From assembly GCF_001194135.2 (NCBI RefSeq), contig NC_068989.1:1101846-1165845 (forward strand): a stretch of DNA of 64,000 nt, in the 5' to 3' direction. The stretch's first letter is position 1. Each line of letters begins with the position of its first letter. Positions 32,565 to 45,947 of this stretch are shown here, one piece after another. The translations under genes and the position numbers were made by a program. The notes beneath the pieces were generated by a model. It was not told the origin of the DNA. It saw only the letters and a program-made list of their open reading frames with translations, and ran no database searches. The DNA is from Octopus bimaculoides (taxonomy: Eukaryota).

Positions 32565-34367
32565 TTTTATGTAGAACCCTGAGAAAGAGATTTGATTCTG
32601 TTCCTTTGTTTGGTGCTGATAACAATGAGGCAAAAGAGAATTTATTGACTGAATAAAATGTTCTAATAATTGACAAACCAAGCTGAGTTTAATAATTGAC
32701 CAATCAAATTGAATGAAGAAAGTTGATTACCAACTTCTTTATCAATTAGTGCATGCTACCTTACAAATTCTTTTGTAAATTGATTAACAATAAAAAAAAA
32801 AGAAAAAGAAAGAAAGAAAAAGAAAAAGGAAAAGAAGATATGCAAAGACATTTGTAAATGACAAACAAGTGTGACATACGAAGATAAAGAGTCACCTTTG
32901 GTATCTTATCAGAGAAGGTTGACGTTAATGCAGTCACAGTCACACACACATGTTTTGCTTTTTGTTTTTTAGTCTTTATTCAAAAACAGTAACACCTGCT
33001 CAGGTAAATGGCCAACGTACAGCAACACCACAGGTACAACAACAATACTATGATACAACAACGTAAGAATCAAAATGAAACTGGAAAGCTGTAATTTTAG
33101 AGTAAAAAATGTTGCCTTCCGATTGTGCTATTTTGTATTCTTAAAATTCCTGAGGTGCTTCCATTCCACAGACAAGGATTGAAGGTGGGCAATTTAGCAT
33201 CAAAAAAGCCGCCACTGGCCTAGTCACCATATGCAAAGTAGGCATGGCTGTGTGGTAAGAAGCTTGCTTCCCAACCACAGGGTTCTAGTTTCATGTCCTA
33301 CTGTGTGGCACCTTGGGCAAATGTCTTCTACTATAGTCCAGTGCTGACCAAAGCTTTGTGGAGTGGATTTCGTAGATGGAAACCAAAAGAAGCCTGTCAT
33401 ACATGTGTGTGTGTGTGTGTGTGTGTTTTGTATCTTTTTTGTCCCCCCCCCNNNNNNNNNNGTATGGCCACAATCTAATAATGACTGAAACAAAAGAAAA
33501 AATATCCAAGAAACAAGCAGAACTTGGTGCCAAATAGTTTTTATTTTGGTTGGAGCAAAGAAATAGAAGTTATGCAACTTTTCTTTGACAGAAGACCATG
33601 GGACCTTTTATAAACAGTTGTTCTGGGACTGACATCAACTTGTTCTGCTGTCAGAGACCTTGCAATGAGGATTATCCTCCACACTTCTCTTAACAAAGAG
33701 AAGGGTCCTGTCAGGGGGTCCTGGTTGACCTGGGCGAGGTGATGTGGACTCTGCTTCAAAGGAAATATATATATGGGACGACCTAGATGAGATACACACA
33801 CACACACCCACACATACATTGTTAATAAAACAAACCCTGAAAACTGAAGAAAATATGTGCTAAATACACAAGTTTATCAGTTTAAGAAAATGTTTGTCTG
33901 ACCACGAATACATTTTTGTTGATTTTCTTGGATTTTGGAATATAGATAGCATGAAGAAAGGACATCTTTGAAACTATAAACCAGGGATTGTTTTGAAAGG
34001 GGATTACAAATCAAAAGAACTGATAAAGATTTTCATGAATATTGAATTCCACGAAACAATATAATTAATTGTTGATTTATTTATTTTCCTAATAACTCTT
34101 TCTTGCCATTGTAGCACTCAACTTCAAAGGCCGATGTGATTCTGTACTGTAATGGTTAATTAGCATGCTTGCTTAATCAGTTGGAGAATCATTCAAATTG
34201 TTCCACATTCTTCATTGCACTTTTACTCTGTCTGTCTGACTGCCTGTCTGTCTGTCTGTCTCTGAATTTCAGAATTTGATTTACTTCTTTTTATTTTTAA
34301 CTGATATACATACATACATGCATACACACACATATGTATATATGTAGAGAGATAGAGACAGACAGAC

Positions 34368-34417
<50 letters not shown>

Positions 34418-36019
34418 AACAGAATCCAAGTAGTGCCGTACTTCTCCTAGCCTTCAGAGAAGATAGGAATCGTGTGAACTTCCTTAGTAATGGATCCACA
34501 GTGCCTGGCCAGATACAATGAGATATTATTAAATGAACTCACATGAAACGGTTTCTATGGGCAGCCAAACATGTCCCTCTACTAGTTTCAAATTTTGGGG
34601 AAGGGGTCAGTAACATCGACCCCAGTGCTCAGCTGGTGCTTATTTTATCGCCCCCTAAAGGATGAAAGGCAAAGTCGACCTCGGCAGAATTTGAAATCAC
34701 AACAGCAAGACAGACAGAATACTGCTAAATATTTCGTCTGGCGTGCAAATGATTCTGCCCGCTCGCTGCCTAACACTTCGGTCCCTATATTAGGTGCCCT
34801 ACAATTAGTTGGAAACCACGTCTAAGTTACAATGTGTTATTACTTCTGATGCTTACATAAACACATAAATTCATTGTTTATGTACGTCTTTCTCTATATT
34901 GTTGTTGTTTGGCTGACAGTGGCAGATCTAAGATTTTTCAGTCGTGATTATTCCCGCTTTAATACACGTAGTGCATCTAGAATTTAATTATCTGATATGT
35001 CTTTCTTTTCTCGTTTTTACATGGTCGGGTGTAATCTGAGAGATTTTGCTGCTATTCCTAGCAGATCAAGAGACCACGTAGAGGTTACTGGCTTGCAAAC
35101 GATACAACACATGCGTGTTTGGTTGTGGCAGTTTTAAAGTATCTAATAGTTAGCTCCCTTGTTTAATATACTACAGAGTGACTCCCCTTGTTTTCACAAT
35201 CCATTTCGTCTTAATTTCGGCCACTCTCTTATCTTCTCATAATTAAAAAAACATTTTAACATCATTTTAGTCAATCTTGAATGACAGAATCTGTAGGGTG
35301 CCGTACAAATTTCCTTTTGGCATTTAGCTATTTCGTCTCTTTGCATTCCGAGCTCAATTCTTGCTGATATCGATTTTATCTTTCATCCTTGACAGATCGA
35401 TGAATACTAATCTTATACAAGGATCAAATCGATCTCTCGAATTGTGTGGCCTCGTTACTAAGTAGGAAACTTGGATTATTGTCAAAGGCTTTCACCAACT
35501 GTGTTTAAAGATGTTTTTTTTTTATTACACATAATAAAGAATTGTTTCTGGATTTCTAAAGAGACGGTCACGTTTCATCCTCTATTGTCAAACTGATAAA
35601 AAAAAAAAGAAAAAAAAAAGAAAATGTCTTCATTGGCTTCAAACACTTCCAGCAGATCAGGGAGGACTTGGTTCATTCTCTCTTTTAATCCAGGTGCCAA
35701 TTGCCGGAGTACACACTTTCTGATCCCTGAAATCTTCCACCACTGTCCAGTTGAGCACCAAGCTCACTGACTGCAACTTGCCTGCACAAGTGCAAGCTAT
35801 GCAACAGCATCAAGTGAAGAAGAAAAAATCACTGGACATCGGTCAGCGACTTCAGAATGAAAGTTGGGTGGATAGAAAAACAGAAGACAAAGAGTAGAAG
35901 AAAGGTGTGAAAGCTGAAATATTTCTTTGTCATATGGGGCTCACACCAGACCTGATGTTGGAGAAAGGCTCTTGGCATGTGGGGGTGAAACGGTAGGGGA
36001 ATAGGTACAACAGATAACA

Positions 36020-36270
36020 CCATAAATGCCAAGAGGCAGGCTTAACAAGATAGAAGAACTGGAAGGGAAAAATAGGATTGATAAAAAGTTGTTAAAAGAG
36101 AAACTTGAGAGGCAAATGTAGAAGAAACAAAAACAAAAAAAATGGAAGAGTTTTGCCAATGTTTTGTGAGAAGAGGATAAGTGGTATGGCATGTTTTGTC
36201 AGGGCAAATCAGAACGACATTGGTGAAGAGAACATCAGCAACAATAGGAGCGCCTCCATCAGGATTGATA
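36020..36270 (+). mobile_element. Possible highly decayed RTE LINE linker-region fragment
   Basis: Purine-rich, stop-interrupted KKWKSFANVL*EEDK..MF, reminiscent of RTE EN-RT linkers; weak. Confidence 0.3.
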
Positions 36271-37989
36271 ACCAGAAGTGAGAAGCATGAACATAATATA
36301 AGATGTAAAGGAATGAAGAGAATTGGTGTGTTTCATTCATGTTCTGAAATTGCATAAAAATATTGCTGAGCTATGGTAGTGTTCTCTGTTGTCATTCCAC
36401 TGCCAACCAATTGTCCACTGGTTCTGTACTGGCAAAGTCGACAAGAATGAAAACTTCATTACTTGAAAAACAGGAAAAGTTTAGCAGCAGGAAGAGCATC
36501 CAGCTAAAAATAATGCATCACCAATGTGTATTCATCTAACGCTTACTAACCTGGGAAAACAAGGGCAAAAGGAATGAACAAACAATATTATACACACACA
36601 CACATATTATATTCTATATATATGCATGAATTAAACATTTTAAAAAACATTCTAAGAATCCAAGTCTGAGCCATTTCATGGAATCTTGTAATTAAAAATT
36701 TATTTGAATTTGGTACAAGTGGCAGCAGCTTTCCAATTTAAAAAAGAAAATATGCCTACTTTTATAGATATGAAATATGTGTCAATACACCTGCTACCAC
36801 GTAAAAAAACACCTAGTCCACCCTGTAAAGTGGTTGGCATTAGAAAGGGCATCCAGCCATAGAAATCATGCCAGAACAGACAAATGGAGGAGCTTGGTGA
36901 AGCTCTCCAGCCTTGCCAGCTCCTGTCAAACCATCCAATCCTTGCTAGTATGGAAAGTGAACATTAAATGATGATGATAGATATATGCATATATATATAC
37001 GCACACACATATATATACACACATGTGAGAGTGTGTGTGTGAGAGAGAGAGAGAGAGATCCGATGCTGAGAAAGTGAAACAGAGCAACACTAATGCCGTC
37101 ATTATTGACTTCCCATTAATATCCTTATTTCAAAACTAATCCAAGCGCTGACAATATGTTCCATCTTCTTTATTCAGCTAACCATTAATACATAAATTCT
37201 TTATCCAGTTAACCATTAATACATCAATATACATAACAATACAGAAATAAAACAATATAAAACATTACATTAAGATTCCATATTACTGATTTCTTTGTTT
37301 ATTTTTTTAAAAATGTACTTTTTATTGTTTAAAAGAGAAAAAACAAATAAAAATAATTGTATAGATTCTGAATCTGATATAAAAACCTCCAACTTCTTTT
37401 CTCTAAATAAAAATGTTAGAGTGAGGAGGGGATGTGCCAGAGGGGGGAGCTTAAATGAATAAGAAACTCCATCCTTGGCAGACTACACTGTGTTAGAATC
37501 AACCTTACTGTTTGGTTTTCAGGCAGAGCACGTCCCCTGGGTATTATTCCTTATTTCGTAACTGCTGACTCAAAGGCAGATTTAATTCCTTATTCCTGAT
37601 GGACTGAATCATCATCATCATTTAACGTCCGTTTTCCGTGCTGGCATGGGTTGGACGGTTTTTCAGGAGGTGGTAAGGCTAGGGTCCACACCAGGCTCCA
37701 ATTGTCTGCTATGACATGGTGTCTATGGTTGGATGTCCTGCCTAACACCAACCACGCCACAGAGTGTATTGGGTGCTTTGTATGTGGCACCGGCACCAGT
37801 GCTTTTACACATGACACCAGCGGCAGTACTTCATATGTGGCACCAGCACTGACAGAGTTATTAAGTAAGTTGCAAGACAAAAAGGAGGGAGTAGTAGTGA
37901 GGGTGGTGGCGGCGGTGGCTTTGTGCCAGTTGATGTTATTTAGTGTAGACTGAATAAATCATCAATTATTACATTAGAAACATTAATTA

Positions 37990-38355
37990 TATTGTAATTC
38001 TAATGATTATAAAGATCCCCTTCGGTCATGAATGACCATGGGATTGCACCTAGAAAGTTACCCTCCGAGGCACAAGTCTGGGCAAGGTTGTTTTATGGAA
38101 GACCAGCAGTCGCCCATGCATACCAGCCTCCCCTCTCCACGCCACCGATGTTATCCAAGGGAAAAGCAAAGGGGCCGATACAGCTTGACACCAGTGACAT
38201 TGCAACTCATTTCTACAGATGAGTGAATTGGAGCAACGTGGAATGAAGTGCCTTGCTCAAGAACACAACACACAGCCCAGCCCAGAAATTGAACTCTTTG
38301 GGTTCACAATCCACTTGTGATTGTGAACCCAACACTCTAACCACAAAGCCATGCA
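37990..38355 (-). mobile_element. tRNA-derived SINE family D
   Basis: Head GCATGGCTTTGTGGTTAGAGTG..GAGTTCAATTTC, body TGTTCTTGAGCAAGGCACTTCATTCCACG. A related diverged copy lies at about 18480-18660(-). Confidence 0.7.
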
Positions 38356-38613
38356 CTTTCACACGTGGTCATAGCAGTGAGCTACACCCACCCAAAGTCC
38401 CTTTAGCCTCAGACTGTGCATTGCAGGTTCAGTAGTCAGATGGCAATCAATAAAATCGTAAGAATGGTGGACATATTCTCTAGCAGTATATTTACTGATG
38501 GGCTTTTACATTCTGAGTTCAAATCTCACTGGCGTCAACTTTATCGACTTTCCTCTGGACAAATACAACAAAATACCAGTTAAGAACTAATAGTAATCTA
38601 TATTCCTCTAATG

Positions 38614-38860
38614 CAGTGGTTCTCAACCATTTTTTACCTCTGGACCCCTTGATTCCCATTTCACTCGGGGGGAGCCTCTAAGCCATTCAATATTTAAAAT
38701 AATCCTATATTTTTATAATTAAATATTATTAGAAATTGTATTAAAAAATTGTTAAAATATTTTGTAACAGTAGAAGTATAACCAATTTATTGGAGATAAA
38801 TTTTAGCAAAATCTTACATGGACCCCCAAGGGCCATATAGACTCTAGTCAAGAACCATTG
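38614..38860. mobile_element. hAT (Charlie-like) MITE
   Basis: Left end CAGTGGTTCTCAACC; right end degenerate inverted AGTCAAGAACCATTG; AT-rich interior; no clean 8-bp TSD. Confidence 0.6.
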
Positions 38861-41800
38861 TTATTATAATGGATAGGAATGGAATTCTAATAAGACCTTG
38901 TCACTTTGACCAGCTGTTTCCCCAATTATGTAGATCCATACATAATGGAGATAATCAATATCTTATTTATCTAGAGCTTGTATAATAAACAAAGAAAACT
39001 GTCACAGCTTTCTGTAGTCATAAATGGACAGTGTCCACTCTGGTATTTAATAAAAGAACAGCATTTAATGTCCACTTACTAGCAGAGATTGAGCAGAAAC
39101 AAAGAAAAGTGCTTTGTTTGATTTTTCCCCAGACATAAACACGCATCATTAGAGAATTAACTCCAATGGTTTTGAACGATGGACTCTTAAGTTGTAACAT
39201 TTATAATTGTTTGAATAGCAAGATGGACATATTTAAGCATTTAAAACTAATGAACTTGGTTCACCTAAATTTTAATTCATGTTAGCCCTACTGATATTTT
39301 ATGTGCGAACAGGCACACCAAAGAACAGACCAAAAGTTTCCTCTGCATGTCACAAAAGTGAGTAAAAGAGTCTGACATAGGATTTGCACTTTGACCTCAT
39401 AAAACCGTCACCAGCAATGGCTACCTGAAACAGACCCATGGGTTGGAGGGGTGTCACCTGAGTGGTGCAAAGATGTGATCCACCAGGAGTAGGGAACCAC
39501 CAACAAGTGGTGGAGGCAGCAAACACACTCTGCCTCCGTACTGTACAACACATTGGAGAGCTAGAAAATACCTGAATATGGGTCTGATGTTTATTTGTTG
39601 CCCTTCTATTGCATTATATGGCTGTCAAGTGCATTGTTGTTAGAGATCTCCACATATAATATCAGTGATATATACACACACTATTCGTTTCCATTGTCTA
39701 TAACTCTAGCATACGACTGTATTATATTTCGTCAAATCATGTCAGTGGCAATTGTATATAACCCAAGTTAAAATCTTGGTTTTCAAGACGTTTCAGTTCC
39801 CATTTTATACGTTTAGTGTATTAATCCTGCTGTATATAAAAGTACACCAAGTTAAAGTCTTGAGGATCTGCATTCATGACCCAGTTTCTTCCAATTTACT
39901 TTTAGCTTTCTCTCTCTTTTATATTGCTATACATAAAAGTAGAAATAACTTGAATTTCATTGTTCTCCAATATCAGTTGGGTCAACATAAATTAAAATTT
40001 AGGTGCAGCCTCCTTGCTTGCCAGTCCTCTGTCAAACTGTCCAACCCATGCTAGCATGGAAAGCGGACGTTAAACGATGATGAGGATAATGAGGTGAGCC
40101 AAGTTCATTAACCAGCTGTAATACATAGTTTTAAATTATGTGTTCGTCATGCTGTACAGACAATTATTAATGCTACAACTTTTATAGCTGGATGCCTTTC
40201 CTATTACCAACGACTTTACAACATGGATTAGGATTAACAAGAAATAAACATTAAAGATGTTTTGTTCCAAGCAGAAACAGCAGAAGCTACTTAAAGATGT
40301 TGCAAGCTTTTTTCCTGTTTCAGATACAAAACAGTTCTTCATTCTACACTTTTGTGTTCTTAAGTTGACAATGTTACGATCAATTAAAACATTGATATGA
40401 CATATAAAGCTATATAATTTAACTGAGGATTGATATATGACCAATAACAATAGTAATGGACTTGGCTATTAATCAGGATATATGGGGCCTTTTTCAGGAT
40501 ATATGGGGCCTTTTTCACTTTCTTCTTAATGTCCCCATTAAATATATATGTGGCAAGCTGGCAGAACTGTTAACATCCTTATGTTCTGAGTTCGAATTCT
40601 GCCAAGGTCAACTTTGCCTTTCATCCTTTCGGGGCTGTAGAAAATAAGTAATGGGGGTCGTCGTAATGGACTAACATACTCCCCTAAAATTTTTCAGGCT
40701 TCGTGCCTATAGTAGAAAGGATCAAATATACACAAACAAACTCTGTTTCACTTCTGGTCCACATATGTTTTGCTGTCATTCCTTTTGAGAGCTCCCAGCT
40801 CTCCTTTCCCACATTTTCCCTACAAATGTCAACCTGTAGAAATTCAAGATGAACATCAACTGCATTGATCGTCGCATTAATCTGGGCAAAAATTACAAAG
40901 GTCAGGACGCTGCCCCCTCCTCCTCCTCCACCTAAAAAATATAAGCAAATAGTANNNNNNNNNNNNNNNNNNNNNNNNNNNNNNNNNNNNNNNNNNNNNN
41001 NNNNNNNNNNNNNNNNNNNNNNNNNNNNNNNNNNNNNNNNNNNNNNNNNNNNNNNNNNNNNNNNNNNNNNNNNNNNNNNNNNTCAAAGACTGCATGGAAA
41101 GATTAAATGTCAGTTGGTTCCATAAAATTAAATTTTGATTTTGTGTTTTGTGTAAATGTCACTTTATTTGGAAATGCGAAAAAAATAAAAAGACTCCCCA
41201 GACAAATATCTGCGTCAATAACTTTTTGATTACCTTATGTGTGAATGTCTGTACATTCACAATGTCTGCAACATCTGCCTACCTCCATCTCAATTATTCT
41301 TTACTTGACAGCAAAATGGTGACAAGTTAAACCTTGTCCATGATCTGGTTTTGATCTCTCTGGCTGGGTTCTTTTGCTCTTTCTGCCAATCCCTATGGCC
41401 TGGTTTTTCTTCTGTTAGAACTGAGATTCTGTGTAGATCCTCACCTGCCAACCCTAAACCTATTTGATGTTTCACTCCACAATATACATCATGACAACCA
41501 ATGCTTCACTGTACAGACCCTTACCTAAAGATTGTATCTGTGTCACCAAAGGATTCTGTCCTTAAGGAATTTGGTTTCTGTCTTTGCCTTTGCAGTGACA
41601 ATAAGTCAAATCCATTCCTACAATGTTTCTACTTAGGTTTTGCATCATTTTACATGAAGGAACTCAAAGGAGAGCAAGAGAAAATAAAAGAGAGAGAGAG
41701 AAACAGACATTCATGGTAAATGAATGGTGGTGATGGCAGTGGTGACATTGTTGCACAAAAATAACTACTAGCACTAACATGCAGGTATTAAAACATAAGG

Positions 41801-42889
41801 TGTGTTTATTTTAAATTTCAGCTCACAAAAATAAATTGTTCTCTGTCAACTTACCACAAAAGCCAAAACCACCACCACCACCACCACCACCACCACCAGC
41901 AGCAGCAGCAGCAGCTCTGTTACTAACACCTTATTGACATCATTGTCACAACGAACTATTCCTTTCTCAATGTGCGTATGTGTATGTATGGTTGTATCTG
42001 TATTGATGAACTGGCATTTCTCTTGGTCATTGCAAATAGTTGCTGGACCTTGAGGCAGATCACTGAAGAATCTCTGAGTCAAAAAGCGGTTTTAAAGAAA
42101 ATCACGGAAAGAAAGGACTTTTGTTTTAATATACGAAGAAGTCAAAGAAATGATTCTGTGAAAGCAAATTAGAAAAGTATTCTTAAAAACCATAAATCAA
42201 CTCAGCACATCTCTGTAATTAGTTTTGCTGAGTACAATTGTATAATTAAGTACACTTGTATTAGTGTGAGAAGGTTGTTAAAATGAATTTCAGGGCAAAA
42301 GCAGTAATGTGAAGTTAGGGAGTGGGAGGGGAGTTAATAAGCAGCTAAATTTAACGACCAAACAAAAGTGTGCGGTTATTGATATTGTACACTTGTCACT
42401 GGTTCACTGCAGCAGTAATGATGACATACATTGCTCTGTGCTTTCAAAACTATTGGAATAAGAAAAAAAAATTAAAAAATTGCTAACTTCAAAACAGGGT
42501 GGGCAATAAGAAAGGGATCCAACTGTATGATTCTGCCTCAAGTAATTCCCCACCCAAACTCATGTAAGCATGGAAAAATGGATGTTAAAGAAATAAATGA
42601 AAATGTATATATTTTTGTTTGTAATAAGTCTGTTTTTTTCCTGTTTGTATGGATTAAACAAATCTATTATTGAGACAGGGTTTTACAGTTGGATGCTCTT
42701 CCTGTCACTAACTTTTACCTGCTTTTCAAGCAAAGGATCTGTTGTGTCAAAAATAGAAGGGTGAGAGACGACCAACAAAAGAGAGAACCAAACTGAATAT
42801 CACAGAAAGTCCCCACCCCCGTTTTAAAACAAGGAAAATAAACCTGCGTATTGGGCGAAATGGCAACTATGACAAAATGAGAAAAAGGG

Positions 42890-42939
42890 CCACATTTAGT
42901 AGAAAGGATTATCATAATAATCCTTTCTACTAAATGTGG
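42890..42939. repeat. Perfect 23-bp-arm palindrome with 4-nt spacer
   Basis: CCACATTTAGTAGAAAGGATTAT-cata-ATAATCCTTTCTACTAAATGTGG. Confidence 0.95.
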
Positions 42940-43659
42940 GATCTGAACTCAGATAATAATAATCCTTTCTACTAAAGGCATACAGCCTGAAATTTTGGGG
43001 GATGGATCAAGTGGATTACATCGACCCCAGTAATCAACTGGTACTTAATTTTTCAACCCGAAAGGATCAAAGGCAAAGTGGACCTCGGCGGAATTTGAAC
43101 TCAGAACGTAGTGGCAGATGAAATACTGTTAAGCATTTCGCCCGGCGTGCTAACGATTCTGCCAGTTCAATAATACGTATGTTGTGGACGTGATGATACC
43201 AAGTGATTGGTGCGCTTGAAAGTACCAATACTCAACTACTAACAGGACTCAAAAGAAATTGGTACAAATGAAAAGATAGAACTCCTACAAAAATCACCAT
43301 TGCTTGGAACTGTAATGGTTCTCCGTAGGGTTCCTGAAGCACGATCAGTAAACAAGTGTCGGTGGTTGTGGGCACCTGGCACTTTCCAGATCAACCAACA
43401 AAGTAAGCTGAAAGTTTTCATCAAACAATAATAAAAATAATCCTTTCTATTTTAGTCACAAGGCCTGAAGTTTGGTGGCAGGGGGCCGGTCAATCCTATC
43501 GACTGATACTTTATCGACCTCGGCGGGATTTGAACTCAGAACGTAAAGACGGATGATATGCCCGCGTGCCAACGATTCTGTCGGTTTAGACATTCGGCAA
43601 GAAATGGAAACAAACTCGAAAGTATTAAAAAATCTTTTTTTTATTTAAATAATAATAAC

Positions 43660-43861
43660 CTAGACGAGGCAGCTTTTACGCTAGTCATGGATATATAGCA
43701 GCTCGCGTGACTTCAAAAATTATTTGGTAGTCTGGCTCGCGGGACTTTCTGAATGGCGCGCCAAACGAAAATTTACTTTCTCGTTTTTCTAGTAATGCGG
43801 GCCACCTTACGACGAGCCATGTCTCATGCGGCCCACTCCTCAAAAAAGGTTGCCCACGCCT
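43660..43861. mobile_element. Probable hAT MITE relic
   Basis: Right end AAAAAAGGTTGCCCACGCCT (reverse of a CAGG..TGGGCAACC-type TIR) with GCGGGCCAC / GCGGCCCAC subterminal motifs; left end degenerate. Confidence 0.4.
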
Positions 43862-44199
43862 ACTCTATGCAGGCATCAGAGGTGCTAGAAACGGCAGCTA
43901 AATCTTCTTAAAATTCCACCCTATCTTTTGCGACCGATTACTCGTGTGTATAGGTCTGCTTGATCCCACTTAACCAGAGCTATGCAATAATTTGTATGAC
44001 GAAGATTTTTTTTTATTTCAATGTATTTGTTGAATATATGCGTAAGAAATATTGCAGTCGGACCATTTAGAATATTTTCCTTTAGTTCTTACCAGCATCG
44101 ACTTCACTTTACATTTCTCCGAGGGTTCTTAAAACAAGTTAGTAAGATACAAGTGGAATGAACAGCATTGTACCTACACAAGATAAACCCCAAACACTA

Positions 44200-44513
44200 T
44201 TAAGACGTCCAGAAAAAAAGCTCTATTACTTAATAGTTCGCAGGTTGTGCTTTACGTCACAAGGCTTTGTGCTGTTGACATGATAACGGTGCTGACGTAT
44301 TTAACGGAAAATGAAACGTTTTCACACGCTCGCTTGTTAATGTTTAGCCCAAGTGTTGTTTGTTGAGCGACTGTTCGACTTTTCATGATGTTATAGTAGT
44401 CGGCTGATGGCACTGTGTTGATTTTCTGTGGACGAACAAGTCATAGTCAAGGCTCGACCTGATCGGAATTAAAAGAAAACAAAACTATCTTAGCAAACAG
44501 CCCATTGGTAAGT
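44200..44513 (+). promoter_or_regulatory. Candidate promoter / non-coding first exon ending at a strong donor
   Basis: CpG visibly more frequent than in flanks; CRE-like TTACGTCA (44252) and TGACGTA (44293); donor TTG|GTAAGT at 44508. Confidence 0.4.
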
Positions 44514-45853
44514 GTTGAAATTTATTTCCCTGTCACTTACACCACGGCTATCTACCTCCCTTCTTTTTAATCTATCTCTATGTGTTATAGGACGATATGG
44601 CACCTTTTTTTTGACGTCTAAGATAAGGAAACGGCCCTGTAACATGCATTCACTAATTCCCTGACCATCACCTCTAACTATTCAGACTGTAAATGTACAC
44701 AACTAAAGCATTTGTTCCCCCAGTTCCCTGGTTGACTTTAACTGAACAATTAAGACACAAAAAGTACTCTAATTTCTCACTCACTCTCTCTCTCTCTCTC
44801 TCTTCCACATACTTTCTGGGCATGAAATCTCACCCTTTCTTCCTCTCTATACACTCACATAAACATACTCTGTCTCCGGTCAGATTCTCACGCTATATCT
44901 CACAAATTATCTTTGGCTAAACACACACACACACACGTTTCCTAACTCTCCTTCTCTCTCTCACTCTTCACTCATTCTCTGCTTTTCTCCTCACACTTCC
45001 TTTAAACACACGTATGTCTACTACTGACCCTTACAGCTCTCATCCTCAATACAAACACACAGCATTCACAGACGAACATATTGTACATACTTTATTCATT
45101 CACATTCTACTTCCTCCAACCTTTTTTGCTTAATACAAACCTCTCTTTTACTGTTTTAAGCGATCCATTATGAATATATATCATTACACAATCCAACAAC
45201 AGCTGGATGGAAGCGCCAGCATTTGTAAAGTTTAGAAAATTCAGAATTGCATGGCTCCCAGCTGGTTGCAAAAAGTGATAAAGCCATAAGGTTTCAAACG
45301 ACAAATTACCCAAGAATTCCGCAACAGCAAGAATGGTAACGAACTAATTGCAAGAAGGAACCTCACCAGGTGGACCAAACCAAACCAAGCAGACTCTCAC
45401 GCAGCCGAGTAGAAATACAGATGAAAATACGAGAAATGTCTGCGCGCGTACACACACACACACTTAGAAAAAGAGAGAGAGGGGGTAGAATATATGTAAA
45501 TGTGTTTATACGTGTTTGTGTGTGTGCTTGTGTTATTGAATGAATATGTGTATGTTTTAATGTTTGTTTTTTTTCGTTTCTTTCTTTTTTTTTTAATTTC
45601 GAAACAATACTTCAAGGATCATTCAAGGAATTTATGTAGAGAATCATTTATGGCTACAAGAGAAACATTGAAAGTGACTTCGAAGTTTCAGGTCGTTCGC
45701 CTTGGCCACACAGAGACATGCAACCATCTCTCTCTCTCTCTCTATGATATTGAAGCCAGTCCAGTGGCATGTTATGGACCCGCTTTAATAAACTAATTCA
45801 CTTTACTTTGGTATTGAGAATATTATTTTCTAGATTCGTTACTCAATAACGGC

Positions 45854-45911
<58 letters not shown>

Positions 45912-45947
45912 TGTATATATGTGTGTGTGTGTATATATATGCATGTA

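Noticed and set aside
35600-35900. Protein-looking short frames on both strands
   Set aside because: No frame combines good splice sites with an open reading; adjacent sequence looks like decayed LINE.
38300-38330. 12-bp perfect hairpin GGGTTCACAATC/GATTGTGAACCC
   Set aside because: Local inverted duplication inside a SINE head; no evidence of function.
40473-40514. 21-bp direct repeat x2
   Set aside because: Simple slippage duplication; no element between the copies, so not a TSD.
39350-42170. Several minus-strand exon-like segments (39.4-39.6, 41.3-41.6, 41.9-42.1 kb)
   Set aside because: Phases could not be joined consistently and no peptide was recognisable.
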